From: Paraspadella gotoi | Taxonomy: Eukaryota; Animalia; Chaetognatha | Reading direction: 5' to 3' | DNA: 64,000 nucleotides | Assembly: GCA_051294375.1 (NCBI GenBank) | Contig: CM119271.1 | Location: 16,126,770-16,190,769, forward strand | Shown here: positions 63,393 through 64,000 of the stretch, in pieces | Position numbering within the stretch: position 1 is the first letter of the stretch | How the letters are laid out: every line of letters begins with the position of its first letter | Notes under the pieces: generated by a model | The model's input: the letters and a program-made list of their open reading frames with translations, nothing else | Told to the model about the DNA's origin: nothing | Database searches by the model: none | Translations under genes and position numbers: made by a program

Positions 63393-63696
63393 GTGAGAGA
63401 GATTGATGGAGAGAATGATGTAGATATTGACGAAAAGTTTGATGTAGAGATTGATGGAGACATTAGCAGTGAAGCAGATTATTAATTTTTGGTTCATTTC
63501 AACTGAGATTAAGTTCTTCAATCTCATTTACATATTGCAGTAATTTAGATTATTTCTTAGAGACAGTTTGAATTTAGTTTTGACTACGATTTTGTTTTAT
63601 TGTAAAACAGAAATGTTTCGGCTTCATTTCAAGCCTTCATCAGCGTAAATATGAATTTGGAAAATATTTTGTGTAAAGGAAGAGAGAAAGAGAGAT

Positions 63697-63700
<4 letters not shown>

Positions 63701-63780
<80 letters not shown>
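63701..63780. repeat. (GA)n microsatellite
   Basis: Directly visible. Confidence 0.95.
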
Positions 63781-63785
<5 letters not shown>

Positions 63786-64000
63786 AAAAAAACGGTGCAA
63801 AAATCTTTGTCTCAAACAAGGAAAAGAAAGGATTTATATCATAAAGATTATTTCTTAAATCTTTTGATACGGTTTTCATTGGAGTTTTTGATTTCTACAG
63901 TTTTTAGTTCAGCTGAGTGCTTTGTTAGGACCCTAGAAACACTGACACCTCTTATTAGATTAATAGGAAAAATTGGAAAGCTCTAATCTCATTTTTGTTC

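Overview
Eukaryotic (metazoan, probably protostome invertebrate) genomic DNA with GC-rich exons and AT-rich spliceosomal introns; most entries in the ORF track are fragments or shadows of exons. I read nine intron-containing protein genes, all on the + strand: tensin (PTP/C2...SH2-PTB), a Yurt/EPB41L5-type FERM protein, a FAM149-family protein, an 8-finger C2H2 zinc-finger protein, DIP2, two tandem Hsp10 (cpn10) paralogues that the ORF track misses, RBM5/RBM10, and the 5' part of a type II transmembrane collagen-domain protein. The most striking element is in an intron of the zinc-finger gene (35031-35764): a 734-bp non-coding LTR element (TRIM architecture: two ~255-bp LTRs, PBS-like TGG, PPT, short TSD). 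Each LTR carries tRNA-type Pol III A/B boxes followed by a sequence that folds as a type-P5 twister ribozyme, i.e. a candidate 'twister retrozyme'. Three decayed solo-LTR relatives lie elsewhere in the window, one supplying a tensin splice donor. Also notable: an octamer-containing intronic motif whose orientation is polarised relative to the nearest exon, and a tightly packed co-directional gene run that could be polycistronic. All calls were made by eye, without searches; exon boundaries are manual and approximate.
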